64,000 nucleotides of DNA from assembly GCA_036170915.1 (NCBI GenBank), contig JAVHQC010000011.1:96001-160000 (forward strand), given 5' to 3'. Positions 48,374 to 57,982 of this stretch are shown piece by piece. Under the pieces are notes generated by a model. That model had not been told where the DNA came from. It made no database searches and was given only the letters and a program-made list of their open reading frames with translations. This stretch comes from Cyanobacteria bacterium auto_48_18 (GTDB taxonomy: Bacteria; Cyanobacteriota; Vampirovibrionia; Obscuribacterales; Obscuribacteraceae). The position numbers and the translations under genes are program-made. The stretch's first letter is position 1. Each line of letters opens with the position of its first letter.

Positions 48374-49105
48374 ATGACAAGTTTTAGAAGATTGCTTACC
48401 GTAGTGGTGGCAAGCATGGCACTGTATGTGGTGTCTGCAGGCGCCACTTATGGCAAAACTTATACGGTGGAAAACTTTAACAACCACGGCCCCATGCTTG
48501 AGTCTATGAAAGATGGTCGTCAGCTGATTAGCGATATGGGCAAAGGTGCTGAACGCTTAAATGATTACTCGCTAGTGTTTGAAACCATCACTTTTAAAAA
48601 AGGCCAGACAATCTCCGAGAAGGGCAATTTGTATTTTAAAAAGCCAAAGCTCATGCGCCTTGAAGAAATAGGTGATTACAAAAATGGCTCGGTGGCAGTA
48701 CTGGGCAAAGACGGCAAAGTGCGCGCTCATGCTGGTGGCATGATCAAATTTGTCACCGTAACGATGGATGCTGGTGATAAAGAGCTTAATGCCGCCAACG
48801 GCGATCGCATGGAAGATTCTGATTTCATTTCGCTCAGCAATGTTCTGCGTGATCGTTTAAAGCAAGGGCAACTTTCCCGGGTAAGCGAATCACCAGTGGT
48901 GGCACCTGGTGTCGGACAGCCAACCTATGTGCTTGAAATTTACAGCGCCAATGATGCCAAAAATGTTTTGAAACGCGTTTTTGTCGACCCCAAAACCAGC
49001 TTACCGGTGCGCTGGGACGATTATGATTACAAAACTCCGTGCTCCAGCACCTGGAAAAACGTCAAGCTCAATGTCGGTTTGAGCGATGATCTTTTTAAGA
49101 TGTAG
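48374..49105 (+). CDS. Secreted LolA-fold (lipoprotein-sorting/DUF1571-like) protein
   Basis: Signal peptide; GNLYFKKPKLMRLE; C-terminal WKNVKLNVGLSDDLF. Confidence 0.7.
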   Translation: MTSFRRLLTVVVASMALYVVSAGATYGKTYTVENFNNHGPMLESMKDGRQLISDMGKGAERLNDYSLVFETITFKKGQTISEKGNLYFKKPKLMRLEEIGDYKNGSVAVLGKDGKVRAHAGGMIKFVTVTMDAGDKELNAANGDRMEDSDFISLSNVLRDRLKQGQLSRVSESPVVAPGVGQPTYVLEIYSANDAKNVLKRVFVDPKTSLPVRWDDYDYKTPCSSTWKNVKLNVGLSDDLFKM

Positions 49106-49134
49106 ATTGCCCACATACATGAGCGGCTGAAGTT

Positions 49135-49356
49135 TTATCTGGTGGCGTCAAGCCAGATCACAAGCGCATCTTTAGCCGCGTTCATAAACCAGGCAGTGTC
49201 TGCATCAGTTTCTTCGGCATGCTCGGCTGCCAACATTTTTTGCTCCCAGGTGCGCATAACAGACTCGGCTGTGACGTCTTCAGCCTTTAGTCCGAGCATC
49301 AGGCATGCTCTTCTAATTTCTGGTGGAATTGGATGGCGATTTTTAACATTACTCAT
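49135..49356 (-). CDS. Degenerate J-domain-like protein
   Basis: AC..LGL....T.ESV..W..MNAAKD.L pattern without HPD; GGAG RBS before the internal ATG. Confidence 0.55.
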   Translation of the reverse strand: MSNVKNRHPIPPEIRRACLMLGLKAEDVTAESVMRTWEQKMLAAEHAEETDADTAWFMNAAKDALVIWLDATR

Positions 49357-49401
49357 TTCTTTGTCTCCTGCGGCCAAGCGCAATCTAAGTTGTCACTGCT
49401 A

Positions 49402-49719
49402 CTAGTTCTTGATCAGATCGAGCAATGCCTGCTTAGATACGCTGCCAATTAAACGTTCTTTTTCTTTGCCATTTTCAAACAAAATAATGGTGGGAATTGA
49501 CTGAATTTTGTAGGTTTTTGAAAGCGTAGGATTTTGATCTACATCAACTTTAAAAACAGCTACATCTGGGTGATCTTCAGCGAATGCCTCAATTACTGGC
49601 GCCATTTGATTGCATGGGCCGCACCATGGTGCCCAGAAGTCTACTACCGCTAATTTAGACAATTCGAGCACATCTTGTTTGAATGTTTCTTCTGATTGAT
49701 CTTTTACGAGCTTTAACAT
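49402..49719 (-). CDS. trxA: Thioredoxin
   Basis: VVDFWAPWCGPC, IQSIPT. Confidence 0.95.
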   Translation of the reverse strand: MLKLVKDQSEETFKQDVLELSKLAVVDFWAPWCGPCNQMAPVIEAFAEDHPDVAVFKVDVDQNPTLSKTYKIQSIPTIILFENGKEKERLIGSVSKQALLDLIKN

Positions 49720-49747
49720 GGTTTCCTCTCTTTAATGAATTCTTGAA

Positions 49748-50146
49748 TCAGGCGGCCCAAGATATGCTTTTCAGTCTATTGGCCGTTTTCTTCGCTCTTT
49801 GTGCGACATATGGATTTTCATCGTTGGCTAATTTTTGAATCAAGTCCATGGGTAGACTGGCATTTTCGGCCAGGCCATAACGCACGTCGGCGTCGCTGTC
49901 TGCCACCAGTTCGTCTAAAAATGGTCTTTGAACAATGGGGTTAAACGAGACTCCCAATCGTACGTCGCTGTGTTCGTCGTTGAGCAGTTTCAATAGAATT
50001 TGGATTGGTGTCGATGGATTTTCGGCAATGCGTCTTCTGATCAGCGGGTCATTCGAATTGGCCAATTTCTCCACACAGTTCTCAGAAATGCGCGGATCGC
50101 CGGCAGCAATATATTGATTGTGTAAGGAATAATCTTGGTTAGACAT
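49748..50146 (-). CDS. HEAT/LRV-repeat protein
   Basis: Repeated L..D....VR...A.NP units; AGGAG RBS. Confidence 0.8.
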   Translation of the reverse strand: MSNQDYSLHNQYIAAGDPRISENCVEKLANSNDPLIRRRIAENPSTPIQILLKLLNDEHSDVRLGVSFNPIVQRPFLDELVADSDADVRYGLAENASLPMDLIQKLANDENPYVAQRAKKTANRLKSISWAA

Positions 50147-50256
50147 TTTAGTTTCTCCTGCAAAGGCGTGCCATCGCCTGCCTGCGCTACACGCATGAGC
50201 TGGACGGTTGGCTTTTATTCTTTTTGATAGTGTTCTTAATCGAACCTTATATGACC

Positions 50257-50285
50257 ATATTAGACCGGTCGTCTACGACTGTCAA
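50257..50285 (-). promoter_or_regulatory. Sigma70 promoter with embedded operator TAGACGACCGGTCTA
   Basis: TTGACA-N17-TAATAT; operator 50261-50275. Confidence 0.8.
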
Positions 50286-50296
50286 GGCCCTATTGG

Positions 50297-51238
50297 TTAA
50301 TTCGACTTGCTAGCCTTTAAGCTAGCGCAGGTGCGGCTTATGTCCTCAGCGAGGTTGTCTCTTGTCGGCTGCCAGCCAAGGCTGCGGCTCTTTACTCCCA
50401 ATACTCGAGAATTAGAACCCAGAGCAAAGACCGCGGCGCCATAGCCCAGCTTAGAACTGGCATCTTCAACAGTCCAACGGCCTACAGGGGCATCTATTTT
50501 AAGTGCACTGCGAATGTTCGCGGCTATGGTTTTAAAAGCGGTTTCACCGTTTTCGGCAAAAAGGAACAAGCCGCCGGTGGGGGCAAGCTCAATCACTTTC
50601 AGATAAAGTTCAGTCAAATCGTCTATATGCACCGTTGACCAGATGTTTTCGCCTCGACCGATGCATTTGGCAATGCCACTTTCAATTGCTTCGGCCACAA
50701 GGTTTGGCACTTGTTGACTTTCACTTTTTATGCCGCTGCCCTTGCCGTAGATCAAGCAGGGGCAAATAACTACCGTGCGCACGCCGGTTTGAGCTGTTTG
50801 CAAGATCATTTTATCGATGGCAAAGCGACCCTCTTTTAGTGGGTCTGGGCAGAAATAACTGCCTTTGTCGTAAATGCTCTCATCGAATATTTTTTCCGAT
50901 TTTTCACCATTGGCGCGATCTGAAACGATGCTGGAGCCACTGGTGTGTATAAAGATTTTGTCTGAGCCTTTCAAAGCGGCAAGAATAGTCTCAACTACTT
51001 TCTGATTGTCAGAATCGGCGGCATTGATGACCATGTCAGCCTTGTCAGCACATTCTTTCAATAAATCGGTGTCTTCCAGGTCGCCAACGATGGCTTCAAC
51101 ACCCACCACCTTGAGTTTGTCGACGTTGCTCTCGTGCCTGGTTATACCGCTTACCTGATAACCGGCTTGAGCTAGTCTGGCGGCAACAGAGCCGCCGATA
51201 TAGCCGGCTGCGCCGGTAATGAAAACTTTCTTCTTCAT
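50297..51238 (-). CDS. NAD-dependent epimerase/dehydratase (atypical SDR)
   Basis: ITGAAGYIGG, IHTSGSS, WSTVHIDDL. Confidence 0.9.
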   Translation of the reverse strand: MKKKVFITGAAGYIGGSVAARLAQAGYQVSGITRHESNVDKLKVVGVEAIVGDLEDTDLLKECADKADMVINAADSDNQKVVETILAALKGSDKIFIHTSGSSIVSDRANGEKSEKIFDESIYDKGSYFCPDPLKEGRFAIDKMILQTAQTGVRTVVICPCLIYGKGSGIKSESQQVPNLVAEAIESGIAKCIGRGENIWSTVHIDDLTELYLKVIELAPTGGLFLFAENGETAFKTIAANIRSALKIDAPVGRWTVEDASSKLGYGAAVFALGSNSRVLGVKSRSLGWQPTRDNLAEDISRTCASLKASKSN

Positions 51239-51319
51239 GATCTGATCAGCTCTCAATTAGTTCAGAGGCTGCATTAACGCACCCTGTTAACGCAGCCCTC
51301 TGATTATACGCTAATGCCC

Positions 51320-51483
51320 TTAGCGCAACCCTCCTGAAATTACAAGGCTTTCGCCAGTAATCCAGGACGAGTCTGGTGAAGCGAAAAACACCACAGCTGG
51401 TGCGATGTCTTGCGGCTGGCCAATAGGACCAAGCGGCGTGAGGCACCAGCGACGATGGCAACTTTTCCTGCAAGCTCTTTCAC
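51320..51483 (-). pseudogene. Internally deleted SDR (FabG/glucose-1-dehydrogenase-like) remnant
   Basis: GGAG RBS, then GTG-KELAGKVAIVAGAS joined out of frame to TPLGPIGQPQDIAPAVVFFASPDSSWITGESLVISGGLR-stop. Confidence 0.85.
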
Positions 51484-51509
51484 GACTATCTCCGATCTTT
51501 TGTCTCTAA

Positions 51510-52961
51510 TTAAGGTTGTCTGATTGAAACTTTGGCGCCGTTTTGCAAAGTATCGCTTGGATTTATCACAAGCTTTTCGTTGCCGCTAAGGCCGCTTACC
51601 ACTTCCAGATCTTTGCCTAAATCATCGCCCAGCTGTACTTTCTGGTATGCAATTTTTTCACCGCTTACAGTAATTACCTGCGGACCTTCCGAACGCATCA
51701 CAAGAGCGCTCGAAGGAATCAGATAAATTTTATTGGCCCGAGGCACGGTAAATTTGGCTTCGGCATACATACCTGGTGCCAAAATCATACCAGGGTTAGC
51801 AATGTGAATTTCAGTCTTCAGTGTGCGACTGGTAGCATCAAGTGACACTGCTGTGCGAGCCACTTTACCTGCAAAAGTACGACCCGGAAATTCTCGAATT
51901 GATATCGTTACTGGTTGTCCGACTTTGACAGCAACAGCAGAATATTGAGGCACATCAACAAAAACTTTTAAGGTATCGATGCGCTCTAGTTTAAATAAAG
52001 GCACCTTTGCCGTGTCGCTGCCTGACGATATCAGGCCGCCCTGATCTATATTTCTCTCAGTGATTACACCAGCAAAGGGTGCCACCACATTCTGAAAAGC
52101 TTTTTCCGATCCTGAGCGTCTTGATCTAGCCTGGGCGGCTTGGATATTCGCACTGGCAGCATTGAGTCTGGCCTTTTCCGCAACAATGTGCGCTCTGGCT
52201 GCAGCTACTTCAGCCTGCACTGCTTGTACTTTGTCACGCGCAGCCTGTGTTGCCTCGACGCTGGTGTTGTAGATAGTGGCTTTCTCCTCGGCATCTTGCA
52301 AAGACACAGCACCATCAGCCGCCAGAGATTTCCAACGGTTGGTAGTATTGAAAGCAAATTGTTCGTCATGTAAACGCTGAGCTACTGTAGTTTTTGCCTG
52401 AGCAAGATCTGCCAGCGCTTTTTGATAATTAGCTTGTGACTGTTCGCTATCGGCTTGAACAGTGGCCTTGTCAGCCATACTTGTAAGCACAAGTGCTTTG
52501 GCTTCTTCGGCCGAGTCATTGACTTCGGGAGTTTCAAGTTGAGCCAAAAGCTGACCGGCAGCCACTTTATCACCGATATCAACATAGCGCTGTTTGACAA
52601 AACCATTGGTGCGAGCATATAGCTGTGTGGCCATGACTGCCTCTAAACCACCAGGCAAATTCAATTCTTTAAATGGCTCTGCTGCCGTGAGGCTTACCGT
52701 CGATACCACTGGCAAACTGGCAATGGCTCTGGCTTGCGACGTGTGAAGCTCCTGGCTCTGGATCATGCGAGGGTAAACACCGATTGGAAGCAAAGCAGCC
52801 ATGATTAGAGCTGAGGCTACGATCAAGCGCTTCACGCCCGATTTTTTCTTTTCAGGTATTGGTACATAAATTTCCGAGGCTTCTGTAGCTCTCGCCGCTT
52901 CTGAAACTACAGCCGCCTCATTCGTTTTGGTTGCATTTATTGGCTCAGTTAAGGTGCTCAC
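51510..52961 (-). CDS. RND efflux membrane fusion (periplasmic adaptor) protein
   Basis: LYARTNG..VDIGDKV..GQLLA, coiled coil, APFAGVIT.R, SRTL, PGMY. Confidence 0.93.
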   Translation of the reverse strand: MSTLTEPINATKTNEAAVVSEAARATEASEIYVPIPEKKKSGVKRLIVASALIMAALLPIGVYPRMIQSQELHTSQARAIASLPVVSTVSLTAAEPFKELNLPGGLEAVMATQLYARTNGFVKQRYVDIGDKVAAGQLLAQLETPEVNDSAEEAKALVLTSMADKATVQADSEQSQANYQKALADLAQAKTTVAQRLHDEQFAFNTTNRWKSLAADGAVSLQDAEEKATIYNTSVEATQAARDKVQAVQAEVAAARAHIVAEKARLNAASANIQAAQARSRRSGSEKAFQNVVAPFAGVITERNIDQGGLISSGSDTAKVPLFKLERIDTLKVFVDVPQYSAVAVKVGQPVTISIREFPGRTFAGKVARTAVSLDATSRTLKTEIHIANPGMILAPGMYAEAKFTVPRANKIYLIPSSALVMRSEGPQVITVSGEKIAYQKVQLGDDLGKDLEVVSGLSGNEKLVINPSDTLQNGAKVSIRQP

Positions 52962-53015
52962 TTTAAAATTCCTTTTTGGCCGATTTCGCTGCTCGGCTCA
53001 AACCATCTGTTACCA

Positions 53016-53044
53016 ACATTAGACCGGTCGTCTAGTTTTGTCAA
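53016..53044 (-). promoter_or_regulatory. Sigma70 promoter with the same operator
   Basis: TTGACA-N17-TAATGT; operator 53020-53034. Confidence 0.8.
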
Positions 53045-53094
53045 TGCCTTATTGCTGTTGGTTTCTAACACTTTTAATTAATTCAATTAAACGG

Positions 53095-56000
53095 TTAATT
53101 GGTGGGGCTTTTAGCCTTTCGAGCCAGCTTAAAGACCACGGGCACAAAGAACAATGTGAACAGTGTGGCAAAACTCAGACCGCCAATAACGGCCCGGCCC
53201 AGTGGCGCATTTTGCTCACCGCCCTCACCCAGGCCAAGCGACATTGGTAACATGCCTACAATCATGGCGATAGCAGTCATCATCACCGGCCGCAAGCGCG
53301 TTTTTCCCGCCTCCAGGGCGGCTTCGTGAGAGTTCATGCCCTCAAACCGCTTCTCGTTGGCAAAAGTTACCATAAGGATACTATTGGCCGTGGCCACACC
53401 AATGCTCATAATGGCGCCCATTAGTGAGGGCACATTAAAAGTGGTGCTCGTGAGAAAAAGCATCCAGACGATGCCGGCAACCGCGCCCGGTAAAGCCATA
53501 ATGATAATCAGCGGGTCAGACCAGCTCTGGAAATTCACCACCATGAGCAGATAAACCAAGACAATCGCTCCGACAAAACCCAGGCCCAGTCTAAGAAAAG
53601 CATTGTCCATACTTTCTACCAGCCCGCGCATGATGATTTGATTGCCAGGAAGCATTTTTGATTGATACTGATCCAAAATTTTGTGCACATCTTGGGAGAC
53701 GCCACCTAGATCACGTGATTGTACATTGGCGTAGATATCGTAAACCGGCTGCACATTAAAGTGATTGACCACACCGACACTGGTGGCCCGTTCTATTGAA
53801 GCCACGTTTCCGAGCAACACGGCTTGTTTGGTCATTGAGCTCGATAGCGGTGTTTTAAGAATGGCTTCCACAGAGTTGACTTTGTGCTGAGGTATTTGAA
53901 TAGCAAGAAAGTAAGGAATGCCAAAAACAGGATCGATCCAGTAGTTGGGAGTGACTTGCGTATTGGAGCTCAGTGATACCAGCACATCGTTAGCCACGTT
54001 TACTTGAGTGAGGCCTACTTTGGCTGCAAGAGTACGATCAACGTTGAGCTTAAGTTGCGGTGAATCTACTTCCTGGTGCAAATGCACATCGACAGCCCCG
54101 GCTACTTTAGACACTTTTTCTAGAATCTCTCTAGCTATTTTTAAGTTTTCTTCGCGTTTGTAACCGGCCACGCGAATATCAATTGGCGCAGGCAAACCAA
54201 AATTAAGAATCTGGCTGACAATATCTGCTGGTTGGAAATAGAAAGTCATCAGAGGGAATTTTTCATTTAGCGCCACTCTGACTCTTTTCATATATTCAGG
54301 TGTACTGTGGCTTCTGTGGTGTTTGAGTGAGACTAACACTTCACCATCAGCAGTGCCTATGGTGGCACTGTCGCCAAAGGCAAGGTTGAAATTTTCGGAA
54401 GGCACGCCGATATTGTCAATGAGAAGGGCAATTTCTTCGGGCGGAATGACATTTTTAATTTCGCTCTCAACTGCGCTGAATAATTTTTCTGTTTCTTCAA
54501 TGCGAGTGCCACTCGGAGCTTTGACGTGCAGCCTGAACTGGCCTGCGTCAACAATAGGGAAGAAGTCGCGACCAACAAATGGAAACAAGGCAATTCCGCT
54601 GAGTAAGATAAAGACTGCCAAAGTGATAATAGCCAGTGGTTGATTTAGCGCCCATGCCAATAACACCAAATATGAGTCACGCAGTTTGTCAAAAAGTTGG
54701 TTAAAACGATCGTGAATTTTGGCAAAGATATTTTTGGTTGCATTGCCATTTTTGTGCTGCAAAAGCTCTGCCGCCAGCATATGTTCTACCATCACCGGCA
54801 CCAAAGTACGCGACAGTATGTACGAGGCAAAAACGGCAAAAACTACTGCCAGAGCAAATGGCACAAATAAATAGCGGGCGGGGCCCTCAAGCATTACTAC
54901 AGGAATAAAGACAATACAAATTGCCAGAGTTGCAACAAATGCGGGGGCGGCAATTTGTTCTGCACCGTCTAGAATGGCTTGCCGCAGGGGTTTGCCCATA
55001 GCCAGGTTGCGGTGAATATTTTCTATTTCCACAGTGGCATCGTCGACCAGAATGCCTATGGCCAGGGCCAGGCCGCCTAAGGTCATAATGTTGAGTGAGT
55101 AACCCATAGCGGTAAGCACTGCGATGGAGGTGAGAATAGACAGAGGAATGGAGACCAGTACGATAAAAGTACTGCGCCAGCTGCCCAGAAAGAGCAAAAT
55201 CATGGTGCCTGTTAAACAGGCGGCAATGATGCCTTCTTCAACGACATTTTCTACCGCAGCACGAACAAATATAGATTGATCAAAAAGTGCATCGATTTTC
55301 AGACCTGGAGGCGCGGCAGCTTGAAGATTTGGCACCAGATTTTTGATTTGATTGACTACGTCTAAAGTTGAAACGTTGCCGTTTTTCAAAATTGTCAGCA
55401 GCACAGAACGGGAGCCGTCTGAGCGCACGATGTTTTGCTGGACAGAGTTGCCGTCGCGAATATGAGCGACATCTCGTATATAAATGACTTTGCCGTCAAT
55501 TACTTTTATCGGAATGTCATTGAGCATTTCTAACAACCGCGGCGAGTTATTGAGACCGACGCGATAATCAATGGCTCCGATTTTCGCTTTGCCTGACGGT
55601 AAAACTAAATTTTGCGTGTTTATGGCGTCATTTACGTCTCTAGCTGAAAGACCCTTTGCTTGCAATGCTACGGGATCGATATCGATCATTATTTGTCTAA
55701 CTTTGCCGCCATACGGTGCTGGCAATGTAGTGCCCTGCACCACAGCCAGTGCCTGTCTGACTCTGAAAATACCATAGTCATATAATTGTGCTTCGGACAG
55801 AGTTTTACTGCTCAATGAAAGTTGAATAATTGGTACAGAAGAGGCGGTGTAACGCAGAATGATCGGCGGTTGTACACCAACGGGCATGCGTTTCAAAATT
55901 GCTTGTGAGACCGCTGTGGCCTGTGCCAGAGCTGTTTCTATTTTTGCACCTGGGTGAAAATACAGACGAATCAGACCGACGCCGTCTAGAGTTTGTGACT

Positions 56001-56244
56001 CCATTGATTTAACGTCGTTGACGTTGGCTGAAAGAGCATATTCGCTATAGACAGTGATGCGCTTTTCAAATTCATCTGCCGGTAAACCTGTGTATGTCCA
56101 GATAATACTGATCACTGGAATGTCGATATTTGGAAAAATGTCCACCGCGGTATTCTTTATTGAGACTACGCCCATGATCAAAATCAATACTGCCATCACC
56201 ACAAATGTGTAAGGGCGTTTGAGCGCCAGTTCGACAATCCACAT
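53095..56244 (-). CDS. RND efflux transporter permease (AcrB/CusA family)
   Basis: GILVDDATV.IENI, RLRPVMMT, PLGRAVIGGL; 1049 aa. Confidence 0.96.
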   Translation of the reverse strand: MWIVELALKRPYTFVVMAVLILIMGVVSIKNTAVDIFPNIDIPVISIIWTYTGLPADEFEKRITVYSEYALSANVNDVKSMESQTLDGVGLIRLYFHPGAKIETALAQATAVSQAILKRMPVGVQPPIILRYTASSVPIIQLSLSSKTLSEAQLYDYGIFRVRQALAVVQGTTLPAPYGGKVRQIMIDIDPVALQAKGLSARDVNDAINTQNLVLPSGKAKIGAIDYRVGLNNSPRLLEMLNDIPIKVIDGKVIYIRDVAHIRDGNSVQQNIVRSDGSRSVLLTILKNGNVSTLDVVNQIKNLVPNLQAAAPPGLKIDALFDQSIFVRAAVENVVEEGIIAACLTGTMILLFLGSWRSTFIVLVSIPLSILTSIAVLTAMGYSLNIMTLGGLALAIGILVDDATVEIENIHRNLAMGKPLRQAILDGAEQIAAPAFVATLAICIVFIPVVMLEGPARYLFVPFALAVVFAVFASYILSRTLVPVMVEHMLAAELLQHKNGNATKNIFAKIHDRFNQLFDKLRDSYLVLLAWALNQPLAIITLAVFILLSGIALFPFVGRDFFPIVDAGQFRLHVKAPSGTRIEETEKLFSAVESEIKNVIPPEEIALLIDNIGVPSENFNLAFGDSATIGTADGEVLVSLKHHRSHSTPEYMKRVRVALNEKFPLMTFYFQPADIVSQILNFGLPAPIDIRVAGYKREENLKIAREILEKVSKVAGAVDVHLHQEVDSPQLKLNVDRTLAAKVGLTQVNVANDVLVSLSSNTQVTPNYWIDPVFGIPYFLAIQIPQHKVNSVEAILKTPLSSSMTKQAVLLGNVASIERATSVGVVNHFNVQPVYDIYANVQSRDLGGVSQDVHKILDQYQSKMLPGNQIIMRGLVESMDNAFLRLGLGFVGAIVLVYLLMVVNFQSWSDPLIIIMALPGAVAGIVWMLFLTSTTFNVPSLMGAIMSIGVATANSILMVTFANEKRFEGMNSHEAALEAGKTRLRPVMMTAIAMIVGMLPMSLGLGEGGEQNAPLGRAVIGGLSFATLFTLFFVPVVFKLARKAKSPTN

Positions 56245-56301
56245 TATTTGGCGATTTCCTTTTTATTCAGCAGTCGTATATATTGAACAAACATTGTTGC
56301 C

Positions 56302-56331
56302 ATATTAGACCGGTCGTCTACCTTCTGTCAA
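56302..56331 (-). promoter_or_regulatory. Sigma70 promoter with the same operator
   Basis: TTGACA-N18-TAATAT; operator 56306-56320. Confidence 0.8.
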
Positions 56332-56362
56332 CCCTTATGTTCTTTCAGGTTTACATCTTTCT

Positions 56363-57217
56363 ATGAGCACTATTCTTGTAATCGGCTGCGTTTCGTTCGA
56401 CACTGTGCATCTCGACCACTCAGGCTCGCGTCAGAGTCATAAAACCATTGGAGGTGCTGCGCTGTACACTGCCCTGGCAGCAGTACGTGTGGGTGCCGAA
56501 GTTACACTGTACGCTCCTAAGCCTTCGCCTTTGCCTGAGTCGCTTGCAGCTGTCGATGCGATTTTAAATTGGATTGGACCTCAAATAACGGTTGATGAAA
56601 TGCCTACTTTAGAGATTGTGCACCACGGCAACGATCGCGCCACTTTACTTGGAGCTTCATGGGGCGCTGAAAGTTCACTGACCCCAGACGATTTGAAAAC
56701 TCTTGTCACTGACACTCATTTTGACATTGCTCACGTGGCCGCATTAAGCACCACGACTAAACAACTAAATTTTGTTCGTTCGCTTCAGGGCGTTAAGCTC
56801 AATCAAGTGATTTCAGCAGGCACCTACGCCCGGGCCATCGAGGCGGACGCGCCGGCAGTAATAGAATTAGTAGGTAGTGTTGATGCATTCTTTATGAACA
56901 GTAATGAAGCGAGAATGCTTTATGGTGAAGAAAAAGTTGTGCCGAAAGAATATCAGCTGATCTTTGTCACTGATGGTGCCCGTGGTGCCGATGTTTATTT
57001 ATCTCATGAGCCTGAGCTTGAGCCTCAGCATATTGATGCCGAGCAGGTAGAAGTGGTCGACCCTACTGGTGCAGGCGACTCTTTTTGTGGAGCTACTCTG
57101 GCCGGGCTTACTCTTTATGTTAGCCCTGTGGCCGCTGCTCAGGTGGGCACGCTGGTAGCGTCTAAAAGTATTGAGTACGTGGGGCCGGAAATTTTCTTTA
57201 TTGAAGATGATATGTAA
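56363..57217 (+). CDS. PfkB-family carbohydrate kinase
   Basis: GGAA, N..EA, VTDG.RG, DPTGAGDSF. Confidence 0.9.
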   Translation: MSTILVIGCVSFDTVHLDHSGSRQSHKTIGGAALYTALAAVRVGAEVTLYAPKPSPLPESLAAVDAILNWIGPQITVDEMPTLEIVHHGNDRATLLGASWGAESSLTPDDLKTLVTDTHFDIAHVAALSTTTKQLNFVRSLQGVKLNQVISAGTYARAIEADAPAVIELVGSVDAFFMNSNEARMLYGEEKVVPKEYQLIFVTDGARGADVYLSHEPELEPQHIDAEQVEVVDPTGAGDSFCGATLAGLTLYVSPVAAAQVGTLVASKSIEYVGPEIFFIEDDM

Positions 57218-57260
57218 TTTTGATTAGAACCTTGGCAGTGGGTCGTGAAAACCAGATGCA

Positions 57261-57299
57261 AAAACGCAGAGAAATATTGCACAAATTTCTCTGCGTTTT
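57261..57299. terminator. Bidirectional intrinsic terminator
   Basis: Perfect 15-bp stem AAAACGCAGAGAAAT/ATTTCTCTGCGTTTT between convergent genes. Confidence 0.75.
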
Positions 57300-57342
57300 G
57301 GATCGTCACTAAAGAGAAGGCCACGCAACCCGCTCGAAAGAA

Positions 57343-57954
57343 CTACTTTTTATGTGCTTTCTCATATTTCGCCCGGTCATCGCGCAGCGTTTTCAAAAGG
57401 CCAAGCAAATTTGAGTTTGCCGGAGTATCTGATTTTTGATAGTGAAAATTGGTGAAAACAAAATTGCCGTTGCTGTAAATCAGCTCTGGTGTCACCGCGG
57501 GTTCTTTGGCATTTTTATTTTCCGTATAATCAAACATAGGTACCATGTAGCTGGCACCTTTAGTAACTACAGCTCCGGCAACTAGTTTATTAGCATCGCT
57601 CTGGGTGGCTAGAATCGGGTCAAAATCCAGACCGACAATATCGTCTTTAACTTTGGCCGAAGCCGCAGAATCTTCCTTCAATCGTTTGGCTAATTCGGTG
57701 CTGAATGCGCTGGCCTTGATCGTCCAAATTTGGTCCAGTGAAACCGGTCCCGACTTCCGGTTCATTTGAACCACATACCAGTCATAAAACTTTTGCACAA
57801 AATCGCGGCACGATTTAGTATTGTTCGCTATTGTCGACTTTGCAGAAACTTCAGGGCTTTTTGCTTCTGCGGCACCACCAGCACCGGAAGCATCGGCAGA
57901 AAAAGCAGCGTATGCCACAACTATAAGTGCTACTGCCAGAGTTTTGATTCTCAT
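57343..57954 (-). CDS. Secreted DUF3828/YbjP-like protein
   Basis: Signal peptide; FVQKFYDWY and GLDFDPIL..Q. Confidence 0.65.
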   Translation of the reverse strand: MRIKTLAVALIVVAYAAFSADASGAGGAAEAKSPEVSAKSTIANNTKSCRDFVQKFYDWYVVQMNRKSGPVSLDQIWTIKASAFSTELAKRLKEDSAASAKVKDDIVGLDFDPILATQSDANKLVAGAVVTKGASYMVPMFDYTENKNAKEPAVTPELIYSNGNFVFTNFHYQKSDTPANSNLLGLLKTLRDDRAKYEKAHKK

Positions 57955-57982
57955 TGATTTACTCCGTTATCAGTTTTCAAAA

